DNA from: the human T2T-CHM13v2.0 reference genome, Homo sapiens
Reading direction: 5' to 3' (one strand)
DNA: 64,000 bases
NCBI RefSeq assembly: GCF_009914755.1
Contig: NC_060937.1
Positions 59,851 to 64,000 of the stretch are shown here, one piece after another. The stretch's first letter is position 1. Each line of letters opens with the position of its first letter. The notes beneath the pieces were generated by a model. The model searched no databases. It saw only the letters and a program-made list of their open reading frames with translations, and had not been told where the DNA came from. The translations under genes were made by a program, and so were the position numbers.

Positions 59851-62663
59851 TCCACAGTGGATGTCAAGTCAAACTGTCTGGTCAAACCCGTAACAACGGT
59901 CCTGGACAGAAGGACCTGAAGATGTCAGTGGACAGCTGGGAAGATGTAGTGAGAAGAACCGAGGTTTTGAAAAGCTCCTAAGCCAAACTTCACTGATTTT
60001 ATGAATTTCCTCTGAGCTAGCTCTTTCAAATATATTGTTAATTATTGAGATAAGATGCTTTCTTGACCTTTCTTTTTATTAGATTCATTTCTTATATTGA
60101 AATTGAATTACCACACTGAAATTGTATGGGTATATTTTATCAGTCTTTTTCCTACACTATAATAATACTGGCACAAAAAAACAATACTGACTGTAAAAGA
60201 TCACAGGTCTTGTGGCATGAATTTATTTTCCCTCCCTTCAATTACATTTATTTTCAGAACACTGCAACCAAGGGGGTGCCATAAAGGTACTGAGCCCAAC
60301 TATGAATAATTGTTTTTCTCTTAAAAATAATCTACTTTTAACTTCAGAGGGTATAAAGGCTGAGACAAAATAATAATTCAGTCACTGAGATTCAGAAACC
60401 ACGTACTTCAACATTTTTATTATTTTCCTTTATACTTCCTTTATTTACGGTTCTTTATATAAAAATAAAATATAAATGGAATTATATACTTTACAAGAAC
60501 ATATAAAGAACACAATATGGACAAATTAATTCTATATTTAAATATTGCATTTTTGTACACACAGCTGCATTTGGTTCTATTGAAAGTGATTATTACAGAC
60601 ATACAACCTGATTTTAAAGCACAAAATCTAAGAAATAAAATAATATTTTAATTATACATAAAATATACAGCAATCACATAATTTCACAAATGTAAACAAA
60701 ATTATATGATACAATATGGCTTTAAAAGGAGCTAGATATAATACTGTGATATAACTGAATCTTTATCTGTATAAAAACTGCAGTATTTTTCTTAAGAAAG
60801 GAAGATATTTCCAATTGTGTTATGTCAGAGTGAAGGAACAAAGAAAGAATACAAAGAAGAGTATTTGAGATGTAGTTTTAGGTTAGATACTGACATGTAA
60901 CTGAGATTGTCCTATTTGCAACTCAAATTAAGTAAACACAAGATGGTTTTCATTTAAAAAAAGGTAAGAACATAAAAATATATTAAAACACAATATCGGG
61001 AAGGGTTATTCTATGGAGATAATTGTATACTAAACACAGAATTTCTTCAATGAATATAATGGCAGTGGTTGAAAGGAGAACTGCTAAGGTCAAATATGGC
61101 AAAGGGTTATTGCACAAAATTACACAATGTAGATAGGACTAAGAAGAGCACTTACAGCTTGTTCCTGTATTTCCAGAGATAGACCAAACACTTTAGTGGA
61201 AGGTTTTAAATTACCCTTTCAGGATAAACCCAGCCAGTGTGTTGCTGGGTGGGAAAGATCTCTAGCATCCACCAAAATGTGGTCAGGCTAAGTAGTTTCT
61301 GAGGTCATTAAGGACCACACAAGAAAGACATTTCTCCCATCTATTGTATTGCACTTCTATTATACAGTCCTGGATAAAGAAAATAAGACTCCAGAGAAAA
61401 GGCATGTGCCTTAGCAAGAGAAAGTATGGTTTTAGAGGTCTCTTCATCACCAAATGAAGGTTGTTGTACATGTGGGCCACTATGAAGCAAATTCCTGCTG
61501 AAACAAAGAGCTACCAGTGGCCGATTAGCAATCAGCTCACCTGTTCCTTGGGCTTACTGAACCCTAAACTAGTAGACCAGGTACAGGTTGTTACTGAACT
61601 TTACCATGAGGTATGAAAACATTTGATAAAGACATCAAAATTTGGATTTTAGTTCAGAAAAGGAGATAATCTTTCCCTTTGTGGAAAAAACCCACCTTGA
61701 GCTTACTAGAAGTTACGCACCAACATAAAAGTAAAGCAATAACTTAAAGAATGACGTTTTGTAAGAAAATACAAAACTTATTTAAGAAATGGACTTTATT
61801 GGTGTGTGACTTTTTTTCTGGTATAAATTCACCTCAGATGTATAATTATTTCTATTGTTCCTACATTTGTTAACAGTATTGTTTGGGGACAGACACAACA
61901 TGCTTTGGTGTATATAATCAATATTGAATTATCATTCTTTTCTCTCCTTTCTTGGAAACTTGGAAGAAACTGCAGAAATAATACCACCATTTTAGTGTTC
62001 CCATTTGTTCACCATTCTTTTATTCTTTCCCATATATTTCACATATGGTGCTCCATATTTTTAGCAGCAACAGTGCAGGTAACATATACTTACAACAGGT
62101 GTTCATGAATAAAACCAAATAAAAAGGTAACAGCTCAGAGTTTGCAGTAGAATAATTCCCACTGTTGAGTTCTCTAAGCAGCTATGTAGTTTGTTCCCTA
62201 CAGCTATTAAGCAGTGCAAACACATGGAAGACATATAACGATGCAAAGTATTTCTATCTAATCAAACTCTGGAGATGAGAATCACATCTTTGTATTCTCA
62301 GCAATGGTTTAGTTAACATACATTTAATAACAGTGCCTATAACTAATGCTCATATTTACACTAATTATTATTTCTATTTTCACACAAAATGAAATTCCCA
62401 AAAGCAAAAAAGCTGATGAAATAGAGCTTAGGTATAAGCTCAAATCTTTTTTATTGGCACTCTTTAAGAAAGTTTATTCACCTGATTTCATCACAGGACT
62501 TGTGTTAATAGCTAAAGAATTCTATTACAACTATTGTGAAGACAAAAAGCATTCATTATAAATATGAGACACTAATTTTCAAAAGACCTGCAAATCACAG
62601 TGATAAAAATCATTCCCAATTAGTTCTTCCTAATACCTTACTTGATTATGATTTTGTTTTCAC

Positions 62664-63010
62664 TGTGTTTTAGTCTGTTTTCTGTTGACAACAAAATACT
62701 TAAAGCTGGGTGACTAATGAGAAATGAAATTCTCATTAGAGGGAAGGGCTACATCTGGTGAGAGCCTTCTTGCTGGTTGGTTCTCCACAGAGCTCTGAGA
62801 TGGCACAGGGCGTCCTATGGTGAGGGGGCTGAGCATGCTAGCTCAGGTATCTCGTCCTTTTATAAAGGTGCTAATGCCATTCCCATGATAACCCATTAAC
62901 TCATGAAGCCTTTAATCCATGAATCAATGAATGGGTTCAACTTTTAATATTGTCACAGTTGAGATTAAGTTTCAACATGAATTTTGGAGAGGACACTCAA
63001 ACCATAGTAT
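62664..63010 (-). mobile_element. MST-family MaLR LTR
   Basis: tgtgttttagtctgtttt…catctggtgagagccttcttgctg…gattaagtttcaacatgaattttggagaggaca…aaaccatag. Confidence 0.8.
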
Positions 63011-64000
63011 ACTGTTTTGTAATAGTGGCATATAATCTGTAGCACATGACTAACATTTCATAATTCATATTGTTTTTTACCTGACGCATTGTATGGGCCA
63101 TGCATCTCTAACAAAGCTTTAAGCTTTTAGAGAGTATATGTGTTTATTAGTCTCCAAAAGCCCTTAGTACATTGTTACACATGTAGCAGTGTCCCAATAA
63201 AGACATGCTCACTAGCAAAATATAGTCAAAATTTAAAGCATGAATTTAAAAATGGCATGTTCACTGTAATTTATAAATACAAACTACTTCATCACTAGAG
63301 CAAGATTAATAAATGAAAGCACTTGGCAAAACCCCTTCAGATAGATTTATAAGACACATTTATCTTGCTATTCTCTCTTTAAAAATATCTATGACCAGTT
63401 TAGTTCAGATCTAACCTTGAACAGAAGTTACAAAGAGGTATTCCTATTTTATACATTAAAATAAGAAGTAGCTTTTCATTAAATATAATGGATTCAGCAA
63501 ACATGAATAAAAAGCTCTTTGAGTTAAGCTGAATATATGACCCAAAAGAAATCCTAATAAGAAAATTTCAGGATCATAAACAATGTTAATTAAAGATCTC
63601 CACTCAACGTATCTTAAAGCTAGATGTTAAAGTGACTTAACTAAATAAATATTTCCATTGAAAAATAACTATCTTACAAACTTGTGAAAGCAAAATATAT
63701 ACCATATTTCCTAATTTTCCTTTTCACCATGCACTATATAGAATCATTTGGTTATTTTTCTTCAAAGTTATTTCCATAGTGCCTTATCCAAATTAATTCC
63801 AAATTCAGTCTTCAAGGGTTCTCCTCCCTTTCTAGACTTTCTACTGTGACTTCTAAAACCTCATTTATGTGACAGCACTCTCCCTTGCACTCACTGTGTG
63901 TGTATGCTTTCCTAATATGGTGTGATAATGAGCAGCTATTCCTTGTTCACGTTGACTATATGTAGATTTTTCAATGTGCATAGTTAACCAATGTATAAAG

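Overview
AT-rich primate genomic DNA, very probably human given an AluYb8 copy. I find no protein-coding host exon, so it is intergenic or deep intronic. Much of the window is transposon-derived: L1 of many ages, Alu (Yb8, Sp, S, J), L2/MIR, LTRs (MER21, LTR8, MLT1/2, MER34, THE1, MST) and DNA transposons (MER5A, MER20, MER44, MER58A, MER33, Charlie). The only long ORFs are broken L1 ORF2 pieces. The best feature is a single ~4 kb L1PA2-type insertion (28050-32017) bounded by a 15-bp target-site duplication (TSD). It is 5'-inverted by twin priming and carries what looks like two stacked 3' transductions, each with its own polyA signal and tail. Also notable are two short ~93%-identical local templated insertions copied from 1.3-1.8 kb away, several fold-back/hairpin scars, an AluYb8 with an atypical CpG-gaining substitution pattern, and a compact DR1+GATA+FOX motif cluster. 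I see no evidence of a new gene system. Repeat subfamily names come from recalled consensus sequences, not database searches, and old-repeat boundaries are approximate.
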